A DNA stretch of 63,218 nt, counting the filler, from Nemertoderma westbladi (lineage: Eukaryota; Animalia; Xenacoelomorpha): NCBI GenBank assembly GCA_032718475.1. It is 3 parts of 3 records of this genome, joined end to end, with 100 filler letters (N's around TTAATTAATTAA, not from the genome) between each part and the next. Parts side by side here need not be neighbours in the genome. Positions count along the whole stretch, not along the records: positions 1 to 29,541 come from JAUCBJ010002625.1; positions 29,642 to 52,561 come from JAUCBJ010005816.1; 1 more part is not named here. One strand, 5' to 3'. Positions within the stretch are counted from its first letter, which is position 1; the number at the start of each line of letters is the position of its first letter. A model generated the notes under the pieces. The model searched no databases and was not told the DNA's origin. It was given only the letters and a program-made list of their open reading frames with translations. The position numbers and the translations under genes were made by a program. This document shows positions 26,959 through 40,074 of the stretch, piece by piece.

Positions 26959-29541
26959 TTACCATAGGAGCAGAACGAATCGTTACTTTGTTGCCTCGCA
27001 TATAATTTTATGTCAGTTTTAACCATCTCGACTTGACAACAGGTTATCTTTTTGTTTTTTTTTTCATGGAGTCGGTGCCACACAATATTACTGTCTGCAC
27101 ATTTTGTTCAATAATTCGTTTAGCTAAAATATTATAATCGCAATAAATATTGGTGTTTTCTGTTTTTGATAATATTTCTGCAGAAACGGAGGAATATTAT
27201 CGGTCTACATGTTTGTTTATAAAAAAGCAGTTGTATGAATTCTATAATTCTTTACGATTACTTTAAGTAAATAAGATAAGCTGTTGTAATTTTGTTAACT
27301 AATTGGTGACAGACACCGTTAATTAATCATATATGATTAATTTTTAAAAAGTAAACTATTATGAATTATGAACATAAATTATCGAACGCATTGTGTAGTA
27401 TTGTTGAAGGCAATTCGACGATTCATTAAGGCGAACTTTCATCGCCGCCTCATTTAAGTAGCTGCGGATTATCCGACAGTTTTTAGTTCAAACTAATTCA
27501 CTTCTTCACGTAGTAGAGTAATCAGGTATATATATTTTTGTTAAGATTATTTAAAGCAAATTATTTTGTTTAGATGTTACATTCCGCGATGTTACTGGCT
27601 TTATTAAGTTCCAGTCTCTCTACCACTATAATCAATAACTTGGTAAACAACTGTGTGGATGGAGTGATAATATTTCGCCAATTTGGTGCAGTAATATTAG
27701 TAGTCACATCAACTCGTATTTATATTTATTTTATGTTTAGTTAATGATTGTTAATGGACCACCGCAACTATTATATAAGATCCTATTCTGAACAAAAACT
27801 GATGTACTCTTAGTTTGAGGTGGGTTTTGTTTGCATTATGTAGCTGGTGAATGGATGGTATGAGTGGTTTAATTTACTCTTTAAGGTATTTCATTGATTT
27901 TTTTTCTTTACTTAACATACAGGGTCGTCGGGTTTGGTAGACTATTTGTATAGAATAGTTACTGACAATATTGTTTTTCATTTTGCCATTGTTTGATGGT
28001 TATGTCACATACAAATTTCGGCGCCACCTGCTGGTATCTAATACTTTACCGTAATATCGGAGTATTCAAATCGGACAATGACTCCAATACAACTCTCAAC
28101 ATGTTAACCCACCCCCCCCCCCCCCTCCCTCTCTGTAAGTGGTTATTATCGAATTAAGCCACGGGGCCGTGCATTTTGTTACCCCCCCCCCCTCCCCCCT
28201 TGAACGTGACGTCGCAAAAAATACCCAGTATAGGCCTTGTTAATAACAAATGTTACATTTTAAATTATGATATCATTAATACTAAATGCTACTACTTCAT
28301 TAATTCCGCTGTACACAATGACTAAACAAGGAAGACACCCCACATACAGTATTCACTCCCGTGGGAATGACGACATCTGAGTATCTACCCAGTCTGTGTG
28401 GTGTTCTTCATCTTTATCGCCACTTAGAATTAACACTTCATCACCTCGATTCGCTATTACTTGAATAGATTTCACTTTGGTTGTTGATGTTGGTGTTATG
28501 TATATTATTTGTTCACCAAAGTGCTATTGTCACGTCACAAGTATAGCTACCCCCCCCCCCCCCCCCTCCCCTTCCCCCATGTCACAAATTGTCCCAAAAT
28601 TCCAAACCCCCTCCCCCTTCGACCGTGACATCATTTGTCCACGGCCCCCAAATAGTTGGCAGTTTTGTATTGAAAAAAAAACATTGATTGGTCAATCACA
28701 CATAAATTGGTACTGAAAATATAGAGCGCCTTATAGTGTTCGAGATAACACGTCAATAGCTCCATCTAGAAATGCCTATCTTTGCAACTTTAAGTTCAAG
28801 TATCACTGTAACCTAGACATAGTAGACATGGATGGCCTAGACAGACATAGTAGACAATTAAAGCCAATTTTTCAGGGCATATTTTGTTTTTTTTACAGCC
28901 GTTTGAAACAACAAATTCGTGATTTTTGCGATGTTCACTGCATAAATTGGAGTTGGTTTGTATTATATTTTATCTAACGCCATTTCAATAATCAGTATAT
29001 TTTGTTGAGGCACATACGATGTCCACAGCCTAGTACAACTGATTGTTGAATAATAACTGTTTATCAGATTTACATAACTATTACATTTACGTAAAGATCG
29101 TTTCAAAGGTCTCTTCTGCTCATAGATAATACAAGTGACTATAAACCATTTCACTTTAGCTTGGCTATTTATTTAAAAAACATAGTGTATATGTAAAGTC
29201 TATGTAAAGTTTTAACCAATGGGGTGTGATGATTTTTACCTAATAAAGTGAAATCCAATTAATCCTATTGGGCAATATTTACTGCAGAAAGGTCCTATGT
29301 AAAGTTTTATACCAAATAATCCTATTGGACAATATTTTACTGCAGAAAGGCCCTATATCTCTCTATATTTTATATAGCCTCTCCTGAACAATTGCAATTT
29401 TTGACTTTGGGTCTTATGACACTTAAGCTACGATATATACAGGTCACTCCGTGACCGTTTTTGGTGCCGCACATTTTGGCATCTAATAATGTAATTTCAC
29501 ATATTGCATCCTACATTAAAATCTAAATAAATAATTATTGT

Positions 29542-29641
29542 NNNNNNNNNNNNNNNNNNNNNNNNNNNNNNNNNNNNNNNNNNNNTTAATTAATTAANNN
29601 NNNNNNNNNNNNNNNNNNNNNNNNNNNNNNNNNNNNNNNNN
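29542..29641. other. Assembly gap with artificial linker
   Basis: 44 N + TTAATTAATTAA + 44 N, identical to 52562-52661. Confidence 0.97.
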
Positions 29642-32320
29642 ATACAGTAGAGGGCAAAGAGGTGGAGTATAGTAGAGAGGCGATCGATATGCTTCGACAC
29701 GGGTTCTATGTGGATGCCAGGATGGGTTCTGGAAACTCCGTTGAGGAGATCATCGAGACAGGGCGCGAAGTTCGCGACATCCTGAAGAAATCAGGAAGTT
29801 CCGTCAAACTCTAAAGAATTCATGGAAGCCATAGAGGATGAACAACCGGAGGTAAAATTGGATAAACCTATGATGGTAAAGGAAAAGATAATGGCGGACA
29901 GAAGAGTAGAATCACAGCAGAAGGCATTAGGGATTGTATGGAACCTGGAGACAGACGAGTTGGAATCTCAGATGAGTCAGGAGGGTGCTGGGATCCATAC
30001 CAAGAGAGACTATATGTCATACATAGTGAGGATTTGCAATCCATTAGGATTAGCATCCCCATTGTTAGTCACGGGGAAGCAGATTCTTAAGAAGGTTTAC
30101 AAGATCAAAGATGACTGGGATGCGGAGGTCCTGATAGAAATAAGTAAACAGTGGGAGAAATGGACAGGGAACTTAGAAGATATGGGAACTTACAGTATGC
30201 CACGTGTATATTTCCCAGATGGAGACATGAGTGATCTAGAACTACATATGTTCTCCGATGCATCCCTGGAAGCATATAGTGCTGCGCTTTATTTGGTACA
30301 GCGAAAGGGGACTCACAAGCCCAGGCTAACATTTAGTAAAGGGAGGTCGACGCCACCAGATTCAGCATCAGTACCGAAACTCGAGTTAACAGCTGCAAGA
30401 CTAAGAGTGAGAGTGACAGCATACTTGATGGATACAATGCCAAGTATAGTAGAAACACACTACTGGACAGATACCATGGTGGTGTTGGGATGGTTGCATA
30501 ATGAAAAGACGCATTATCCCATATCCGTAGCAAATCGAGTGGATGAGATAAGAATAACAACGGACTTGGACAAGTGGCACTACTGCCTGACTGACGATAA
30601 TCCGGTGGACTTGCTATCGAGGGCCGTACATTGCCACGCTTTCTCGAGAAAGCAAGAGTTGTGGCAGCATGGTCAACACTTCCTCAACAACAGGTTGAAG
30701 TGGCCACCGATGAGGAAAGTAGATTCAAGTGGAGAGGAAGTAGTAGTGGAGGATGAGGGAAACGAATCAAGGGGGAAGAGATATTAAGCCAGTTAGTGAG
30801 GGAGATTAAGGAGGCACCACCACGATCTAAGACGTTAGAGTCATGTGACAATCCAACAGATAGGTTACTCAGTTACAGCTCTAGCTGGTATAAGACGAAG
30901 AAGCTAGTGGCATATCTGAGGGCTTACAGAGAATTCCTTATGGGGGCTGATATGGGTGGCAAGATTAGACCCACCATTGATCTGGGAGGGGTGGCTAAAG
31001 CCGTGATATGATACAAACAAGGGAAGGGATACGGAGACAAAGTTGACCGTGTTAGTAAACAGCAATGCCTTCGTCAGGATAGCGAGATCAACACGCTGTC
31101 GCCGCAACTGGAAGAAGATAGAATCCTGGTCATGAACTCCAGGGTGGCTAATAACACCAGCGCCTTAATTCCATCAAAACCAATAATAATACCTAATAAG
31201 TCACTGATAGTCCACCAGATCGTATGGGACGCCCATAAGACCATATACGGCGGTACCAACCAGACCCTAAACGAGATCAGGAAGAAATATTGGGTAATTC
31301 AACTTAGAAAGATGGTGAAGGCAGTAGCAGGGCAATGCCAGACATGTTGACGGACGAAGAAGGAGAGGGCCGTGCAAGAGATGGCGCCACTGCCAACTAA
31401 CAGGGTGTGGCATCACGGCCCACCGTTCACACACTGCGGCATGGACATGTTTGGGCTGATTAAGATCAAAGTAATGCGGCATACCGAATAACGTTACGGC
31501 ATTATCTTCGTATATAATAACACAAAATGGCCATGGAGATAAAACTGGCTCAGGACACTACGGCATCGGCATTCATCAATGCCTTGGAGAGATTCGTGAC
31601 CCTCAGAGAAGGGATGGTCGAAGTGTTGTACTCCAACAATGGGACTAACTTTGTTGGGGCAGAAAACGAGTTAACGGAGGCCTTTGACATCTTGGAGGGA
31701 GAAGATGTTAAGGCAGCGATGAGGAGGCACCTGATTAAATGGGAGAGAAGGATGCCATACGCCCCACATATGTTGGGTTGCATAGAATGCCTAGTCGGAA
31801 GCTCCAAGTAGCTGATGACCAAGCTCATGAACAATTATATGGTGACCGAGGATGTATTGAGGATGGTGCTGGTGAAGTGCGAGGGGATTATCAACAGCTG
31901 ACTGCTGTATCCCGAGAACGATGATCCAGAATCACTGGACGTTCTGACACCAGCAAATCTACTGATGGAGAGACCAGAGACGATAGACATGCGAAATATC
32001 AACCCAGACGATATAGACTCACATCAGAGCTGGAAGGTGGCTATGGCAATAGGTGCAGAGTATTGAAAAGGTGGATTCAAGAATACCTGCCAACAATGCA
32101 CAAGAGAAGCAAGTGGAGGAATAGTCAAAGGGAACTCAGGAAGGGTGACTTAATAATCGTAACTGATGACACGATTATCAATAATCACTGGAGACTGGCG
32201 AGGGTAGTCGAATGCTACCCTGGTGAGGATGGAAAGATTAGATCCGTGGCGGTTAGAATTGTAGGAAAGATAGGAAGACCTACAGGAGGGTGGTAGGAAA
32301 GTGTTGCCTATTGGAGGGAA
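29642..32320 (+). mobile_element. BEL/Pao LTR retrotransposon pol (RT end, RNase H, integrase), pseudogenised
   Basis: GFYVD, KALGIVW, NPLG, LHMFSDASLEAY, VPKLELTAA, WTDT, VANRV, AH...GG...C..C, NGTNFVGA and WIQEYLPT motifs; several stops and frameshifts. Confidence 0.95.
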
Positions 32321-33265
32321 CGCCCTAATTAGTTGAGTCGTCTAATAAATTGGACTGAGGGGGGTGGGAATGAGGGCAAGGCGCCCATCCCACACACAAA
32401 ACATAAAAATAATAAAAATAAAAACGTACATCTGATGGGTAGTAATGTACCAATGTACATATTATTTAGTTTAGATGGGCATTATGTACCTCTGATGGGT
32501 ACAAACATACCAACATATATAATATTTAGGAGTAGGTAGTTATAATTACGTACCAATGTACATAATTTACATACGCACTAATGCTGGATGAATGGGACCA
32601 ATAATAGTACAAAATATGTACTGTAGGAGAATTAGAAGGGTACATAGTACCACAGTGAGGATTAGAAGGGTACACATTGCATACGTCTGATGGGCACAAT
32701 GTGTCAACATATGTAATAATACCAATGCCGGATCAATGGGACCAATAATAGTACGTAATACATACTATAGTGGGCACTGGGGGCGCCACATTAGGAGTTG
32801 AGGGGGATATGTAGGCGTAGTAGAATAAACCGTGTAGGCTGCACGAACTAGATACTATAGCGCATAGCCCAGAGTAGTGCAGACTTAGAGTATTGTTACA
32901 GACCCAGAAAGCTGTCTGGTAGGAAGCTTGTATAACAATAAGAAAGTTGTAGCTAGTATTTTCTGTAAACAAGTAGTGATGAATTACTTACATAGTAGTT
33001 GAGTAGCAGATGGGTGATGGGGTGTGAGTTGAGGAATATAGCAAAGTAAAATCGTAGCAACTGAGAACTAGGAGGTTCTAGAAACATAGTTGAAAGGTAA
33101 CGGACAAAATTACGGAATTGGCGCATAAGGGGGAACATTTGAAAAAAAGGTAGATTGAGGGTAGGCCATCACTGATTTGAAACTAATTAGAACTGAACTT
33201 AGTTATCTCTTGCCCTACTGAGCCTTTGCAAGGCACCACCAGTTCGGTGAGAGAGGAGAATCGGG

Positions 33266-34050
33266 ATGGCAGAGAAGCTAATCAAGAAGAGAAAAGTGGG
33301 AGAAGAGTGAGAAAGAACTACTAGTGGATTTCACGTTGAGACATCCAGAGAATAAGACGAGGGAATACTACAAACGACTTCCAAACAGTCAGAAAGCACA
33401 CGCGCTGCAAGATCAGTTTAGGGAGATCCACGAACAACGATTAGTCAGGACCTACGGGACACCGTCATTGGATAACGCTGTGGACCAAAAATTGAATCGT
33501 ATACCGGATGCAGTGCAGATGAGGTCGAAGACTATGATCAAGATTGGATCGGCGATACGCGACGATGCGGGGAGGATTATTGGACTGAACACCCCGAATC
33601 TTCTGGATATGCAGGTACTCTACATGGCTATGACGAAACCGTATGGATTGGGATTGGTGGATAAAAGGGGACAATACGTAGCAGTGGCAATGGGTCAGTC
33701 GATGGGACTCGTGTGCCACAAGCCAACATAGTGGAACAAGTTCCGAGAGGAGTACGAGAACAGGAAGGGACGAGTCGTATCACTTCCGAAAGGGAGCGAT
33801 TAAGATATACCACGAGAAGTATTTCTTACAGGAGGACTGGACAATAATAGGGTTAGTGAACTTATTCATAGCTGTGGTCATCAGCAGGGAGCCGACGGCA
33901 TTCCTACTGATGGAAGGACCTCTGAACCACAGGAGAACCTTTAAAACTGCTTTAGAGGATCCTGTTGGCCACCCGGGGCAAAAGGGCGAGTCGGAGAATT
34001 ATAATACCCAACATCTGGTGGACAGAGAAGTAGACACACCGTACAAACGA
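33266..34050 (+). pseudogene. Accessory ORF downstream of BEL pol, unknown function, disrupted
   Basis: ATG at 33266 conserved with 40766; ORF pieces 33324-33731 and 33796-34065 align at protein level with 41247-41785. Confidence 0.7.
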
Positions 34051-34282
34051 ATGTATATAATATAATATACATACCGTAGTCAGATGTAACCTTTTCCAAT
34101 TAGCTACTGGGACTGGGAACTAATTGACTGAGACATGAGGACGAGACTTTGGAAGGTGTAAGCGGATTCAATTCCCTTGCATTATCCACCCGAAAATGGG
34201 ACCAGTGGAATTTTACCAATATAGTTGGCAATACAAGATTACCAATAATAATCTCGCCTCATAACCAACTCGGGGGGGGGGG

Positions 34283-36117
34283 GGCGATACAGGCCCTAAA
34301 GCCATAGAGAGACTACTACTACTAGGATCGGCATGCTGCATTGCAGCTGCATTTTTAAGAATGCTGTGCCGGCTTGTCAACAAAATTGCACCGCCACAAC
34401 TCCCTATCACCCATGACATTTGCTAGATCATCCGCATCTTTAAGGCCAGTGTCCTTTAAGATGCGTCTCAAGAAAGTCATGGGCTGTCCACCATGCTTAT
34501 TCACTCCATGAGGCTGCCAAAGTACAAGATTATGCACTGGCTGGTCCTCACGGCGAAAGCAATGTCCTGCAAAGCGGAGGCGATTCTGTTCTAGTGTCAA
34601 GCTTGGGGGAACCAATGAGACACCTCCAATGTTATATAGTGTCTGGTTGGAGATGTGTGCATTGTACTTAACACAATGAACCCGTCGTAGCATTCTTGTG
34701 AATGTGCCATCCAGAGATTTGGTGTCCTCAGCAGTTAGAGCCCAGCATGGACTCCCGTAGAGGAGTACTGGAACTACTGCTGCTCTAAATAATCGGACCT
34801 TAAGTTTCCGATTAATTCTCGGTGACTTCCACATCCTGGAAAGCCTATTCAAGGCTGCCCATGCCTTTCCCTTACGTATTCGAAGGTCCTCACCTGACTC
34901 CAGATCCATGATCCCAGGTAACAGAAGTCGTCCACATGCTCAAGCATACCATCCTTTGAGCTTATGCTCATCCGATCAGAGACTTGCTGAGGACTTTCAA
35001 AGTTAACTGTCAGAATTTTGGTCTTTCTGGAGTTAATAAAAAGACCAACACTAGAAGCAGCATGTGCTAATGAGCTGAGGAGCCTTTGGGCTCCCTCTAA
35101 TGATTCTGAGAGTACTCCTAAGTCATCAGCAAAGTCTAGATCGGTTAGGTACTTGGCAGGATTTCCTCGACTTCTGGAGCCAGTAGGTGGAGTTATCATC
35201 ACCCCATCATCATTATAATGATCTAAGGACATGCGTAGAACATAGTCAACCACAATAATGAACAATAATGGTGCAAGTGTGTCTCCTTGGAGGACGCCCC
35301 ATAACACTTCAAATGGTTCTGTGTCACCGTCAACAGTAGACACAAATGTTGTCGAACCATCGTATACTGATCTGATTGCTGCAATAATTTCATCAGGAAT
35401 CCCATATAATGAAAGTATGCTGAACATACGTGAGCGAGAGACTGAATCAAAGGCCTTGAAGAAGTCAACAAAGATAACAGCCAGATGCCTGTCTTTCTTT
35501 TTTGATAATTCTTCAATTATCCTTCTAAGTGCCAAAATGGGCTCCATGGTTCCACGACCTTTGCGGAACCCATTCTGATTTCCACGGAGCAGTCTCTCAA
35601 TGGGATCCCTGATGCGATTTAATAGAATCCTATTGTATAGCTTTGCAGCAATCGAGATCAATGAGATTCCCCGAAAAGAACCATAGAGTGTTAGGTTGCC
35701 CTTCTTGGGAACTGGCACCAACTTATTTGTTTTCATTTCTTGTGGGACTCTTGTTGTTCGGTACATGTCTACTATGATGGGATAGATGAGCTTTAAACAC
35801 TCAGGTATTTTAAAGACCTCAGGGGGAACACCATCTACTCCACTGGCGAGAATCCATAGAGAGAAGTGAGAGGTCAAACCACCTCACAGGGAGAACACAG
35901 CTAGTCAAGGCTAGTGGCAGGGGGTAACACTCACAGGGAGTACCAAAGTGACAATTAGTATATAAGCGAATAGCGGGCACGGGAGCATGTGGGGAAAGCT
36001 AGGAAAGCATCCATTGGGTACAGAAGGACAAGTAAAGTAGAGGTGAAACCAATATCTATGTGTATCAATCATATAGTTATCCTGATTACTGGTTTACCGG
36101 TCAGTTCATTAATCACA
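34283..36117 (+). mobile_element. Possible LTR (about 280 bp) split by the RTE insertion
   Basis: Preceded by a G-run (PPT-like); TATATAAG near 35958, AGTAAA, ends ATCACA; the 5' TG is degenerate. Confidence 0.4.
34313..35853 (-). mobile_element. RTE-clade LINE, family B, 5'-truncated (RT domain, one frameshift near 34905)
   Basis: QNGFR, FVDFFKAFDSV, GVLQGDTLAP and FADD motifs; (TAG)n tail; 11-bp TSD CCATAGAGAGA at 34302-34312 and 35854-35864. Confidence 0.95.
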
Positions 36118-36287
36118 GAGTTGCAGACCGGTGATAGTTTTTAACCGTCACTACGTCATTTTAACATCACTTGCATCACTTTACGTGGGCTGAGAGTAAA
36201 AACCGTCTATGCCACTTTCAGCCATTCTGAGATATATGCCTATTAAGTGAAGGCTACTCCAATTCCAAAACCGTCTATATCCAGATG

Positions 36288-37412
36288 AAATCTAGTTATA
36301 TTGGTGTTGTAAGAGTCTACGCCACGATTCTAAGTAAAACAAATTCCTTGCACCCTCGGCCTGCACTACCTCGGCCAAACTGAGCAGCACCTCCACAAAC
36401 GACTCAACAAGCACCGGGAGAATATCCAAAAATATCAGAAGTCCCTAACTGCCCCTCCTAAACCCAACAAACCGAACGTGGTGACCAGCAACCCAGAAGT
36501 CATCCTTCTGGAACACTTCGCCCAGTGTCGGAAATATACTGTTATGTGCGTACAGCAATTTCGTAATCACCACTGGCGTATTCACACCGAAGCCATCCTT
36601 ATTAATTTACACCGCCCTCTCCTCAACAAAGTTATTCCACCATTATACTATACCATCATTCTGCTTTTTGTAACTCGATTCACTTTGTATAACAATAGGT
36701 AACTTCAATGGTGGTGTTATATTATATTATATATTTTATTATTGTTTGCGGCTTGTTTCAACAGCTGCTAGACCTGCAGTAATTTATTCCAGCATTGTGG
36801 TGTCATCTATCAACTTTATCTCATTTTATGAATTTTATCGATTGTCTGCTCATGTTTTAAATAGTTTTATTTTATTTCATTTCACTTTATTTCACTTTAT
36901 TTAATTGTAACTTCGTACCCGTCCATACATGAATTGCTGTGTATCTTTTTATTTATTTTTACTTATTTTAACTTAATTAATTGTATCTACCTAGCCTTAG
37001 TCACACTTTGCATTTTATCGAATGTTCATCCGAAAAGTATCACATTATTATATATTTAACTTTATTTTCCTTACCTATTTTAATTTAACTTATCCTCCAT
37101 GTCAGCCTAATCTCTCTTTTTACCACTGTTCATATTTTATTCACACTTCGCACCTTATCGATTGTTCATCCGAAAATAACTAGGCATGAACTGTACAATA
37201 GCCTCGTATAAATTAGTATCTTTTACAGTATTATTCAATTAAATTTGACCACGTACGTACTTATTTTAATATGTAAATTATGTAAACATTTTAATATATA
37301 TTTATATCACTGAAGACGTGTGTTAATACACGAAATGGCCATATGATAAAAAGGAATTTGTTTTACTTAGAATCGTGGCTTAGACCCTTACAACACCAAT
37401 ATAACTAGATTT
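36288..37412 (+). mobile_element. Penelope-like element fragment: GIY-YIG endonuclease C-terminus and pLTR with inverted end copy
   Basis: Frame 36349-36702 CTLGLHYLGQTEQHLHKRLNKH...HF..C...EAILINLHRPLLN; 62-bp inverted repeat 36288-36349 / 37351-37412 with 2 mismatches. Confidence 0.85.
37305..37348 (+). ncRNA. Minimal type I hammerhead ribozyme
   Basis: TATCA-CTGAAGA-C-GTGTG TTAA TACAC-GAAA-TGGCC-ATA-TGATA; palindromic stem III ATGGCCAT; lies in the Penelope terminal region. Confidence 0.78.
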
Positions 37413-38434
37413 TAGTATGTATTTGCCGCGAACGACATCTTTCAAACTCGCTTCATATTTAAACTATATCCAGATGGATATAGACGATTTAAAAAATAAT
37501 TTTTAAACCGTCTATATCTATCCAGTTATCTGCAAAGCATGCAGTCTGCCAGTCTGTCAGGAACTGAAAGACATAAATAGGCCTACGGCAGATTTTCCTC
37601 CACCAGTACAGTATTCATTCTTACATTATTTAGATACCACTAGTAAACTGAATACTTTTTAAGTTTATCTGTATTCCATGTGGACATTATTTAGGCTGAC
37701 TATTGATTAAACTAATGAGGGGCACATCTGGTACCGGTACCGATTGTAGTTGCAGTTGAGTCTAAAATTGGAAACTGAAAGTTTATTTTCGTTTAGTATA
37801 CCGGTACCTGGCAGCCTAATGGATTCCAAATTTAAAAACCGTCTATATCCATTACTGGGTTTCGTGTTTGGATATAGGCGGTTTTTAAATTCAGTGCAAG
37901 GTTCGAAGATTTTTGCATTTTGTTGGTGGCAAATATAATACTTTCTAAAAACCCAATGTACTATTTTTATCTGTCCAGTAGATACGTGAAGCATTCAGCT
38001 ATCCATTGATAAAATTCACTAAATTTTTTTAGGATTTGGATATAGACGGTTTTTACTCTCAAACCACGTTGATTAGTAACATCACTATACACACTGCTGT
38101 TGTTATTCTGTATTGCGATTTCGATCATATACTGTAACTGATTCTGTGCTATTATCATTTGGAACATTAACATCGAGAAACACAAACTCTGTTATTTTTC
38201 CCCAATGGCCTTTGGCCAAAAGAACACTAGACCAGCAGACCAGCAGTCAAGTGACGCTTATAAATCTTACCCAGTCGGGATCTCAGATCCCGTCACAGTT
38301 AAAAACTATCCTTACAACGAGAACTGTGACCGCAACACACCAAGAAGAGTGAAGGACAAACACCCCGAGAATCAGAGGGAGAAAGAACGCCGCAGCGGAC
38401 CCCGGGCGACACCAACCAAACGATCCGAGAGGCC

Positions 38435-39695
38435 ATGACGAGACGGTACCGGCCAGCCACCCAGGATTCGCCAATGAGGAACGATCTGACTACCCAAGCG
38501 GAAGGCAGCAGACAACTACGAGGAGGGAAAGCTAACGATCCGGTACGACGCTGGACGAGGAGGGAAGGTAGAGTCAACGAGGAGGATGTCGGGACGAATG
38601 ATCGCCTACGACGGGCGTACAATGCCACAAAGAAACTACTCAGAGAGGCTAAGGAGGTGAGAAAGGTAGACCAGCCTAAACTATACCAGAGGCTAGGTGA
38701 GTCGAATAAACATTTCTGTTACTTAGTCCGTTTTGGACAGGGAGAACTAGCGGGTGAGAGAGCGAGGGGGGTCGCCACGGAACTGTTTGAATTGTGGCGG
38801 TCCGAGGTAATGGAACCAGACGTAGTGTACGTAGGGCCTTACTTAGTGGATGCTAGGGGAATTAAGTTAGTGGGATGGGCGGACCCGCATGACGGCGAAT
38901 CAGAGGTTAACCCCAAGGATTCGGTGTCGTCGGTTAGAGGAACCCCAGTAAACGGGGGAAAATTAGTAGGACAGAGAGGCGACGGGAGTCCGTCGCGACT
39001 GACAAGTCCGCTACATCCTCCGCGAAAGCAAGAAGGGTGTTAGAGATATATCTGGCGTGTCAACTAGACATTGTGGCAAAAAGGAACTGGAGAGGCAGTT
39101 AGATGAGGGAACTGCACTATTAGAGAGGGAGAGAGAATTAGCAAGAGAGTGTAAAGAGAGGGCTGAGAGGGTGGCAGGAAACTATAGGAGGCGGGAGGAG
39201 AGAGAGGTAAACAAGTGTGAGGAGCAGGAGGCGAGAGTAGAAAATGAGCGCAAGGAGCGGGAGGCGAGAGTAGAGAATGAACGTAAGGAGCGGGAGGCAA
39301 GAGAGATGAACGAGCGCAAGGAGCGGGAGGCAAGAGAGATGAATGAGCGCAAGGAGCGGGAGGCAAGAGAGGTGAACAAGCATAGAGGGCGGGATGAGAG
39401 GGAGGCAGAATTGGCCAACCAAAGTATGAGGGAGGCTAGAGAGAGAGAAAGAGCGGGAAAGCGTATGCGGGATGATATGCATACCCGTTTGAGGGGGATA
39501 TTGCAGATAGGCAATATAGACAACCAAGAACATACAGGAACATACAGGAACAAGAGAACATTATGGACCACAAGAACGAATATGTGCAACAAGATAAGAC
39601 GAACTACGATTGCAGATAGATGGATGGGCCCCAATATTAACATTAACCCCAGTACCAAACATAACACCGGTGGGGGGGGGGGGGGGGCAGGGTGA
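38435..39695 (+). pseudogene. gag-like N-terminal region with E/R-rich coiled-coil repeats
   Basis: VNPKDSVSSV resembles the P-x-DS-x-S motif of BEL gag N-termini; EREARxxNERK repeats; frameshifted between 38435-39043 and 39057-39695. Confidence 0.55.
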
Positions 39696-40074
39696 CATTC
39701 CCCCATTACAGTATCCGCAATATAGACAACCAAGAACACAAGGAATCGAGATGATAGAGCATCGACAGATAGTGCGCACGGAGAGTTAAGGGATCCGTGG
39801 CACCCGACGGAGGGTGAGGGGGGGGGGGGGGCAGAGAATGTCCCACCAGAAACAAGAAGGATTATATGAAGAGAATGGGGTGGAAAGTAAGATGAGCTAG
39901 AGGGGGAAGATGGGAGAGATACGTGATGGAGGGGTGGGCCTTAGGTTGTTGAGTGGTCCAATAGGTTGGACAGAGAAGGGTACGGATGTGCCAAGGTGTA
40001 TGCGCGAAGGTGTAGGTAGTTAAACGTTGCCTAGGTTAACATAGCTCCTAGGGTAATTTAGCATACACATCTTT

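Larger units (their letters stand above)
36191..38061. mobile_element. Non-autonomous TIR element hosting a Penelope insertion
   Basis: Perfect 20-bp inverted repeat TGAGAGTAAAAACCGTCTAT; internal AAACCGTCTATATC repeats in both orientations. Confidence 0.75.

Noticed and set aside
29586-29597. TTAATTAATTAA island inside the N-run (also 52606-52617)
   Set aside because: Identical artificial linker with stops in all frames; adjacency across the gaps is unproven
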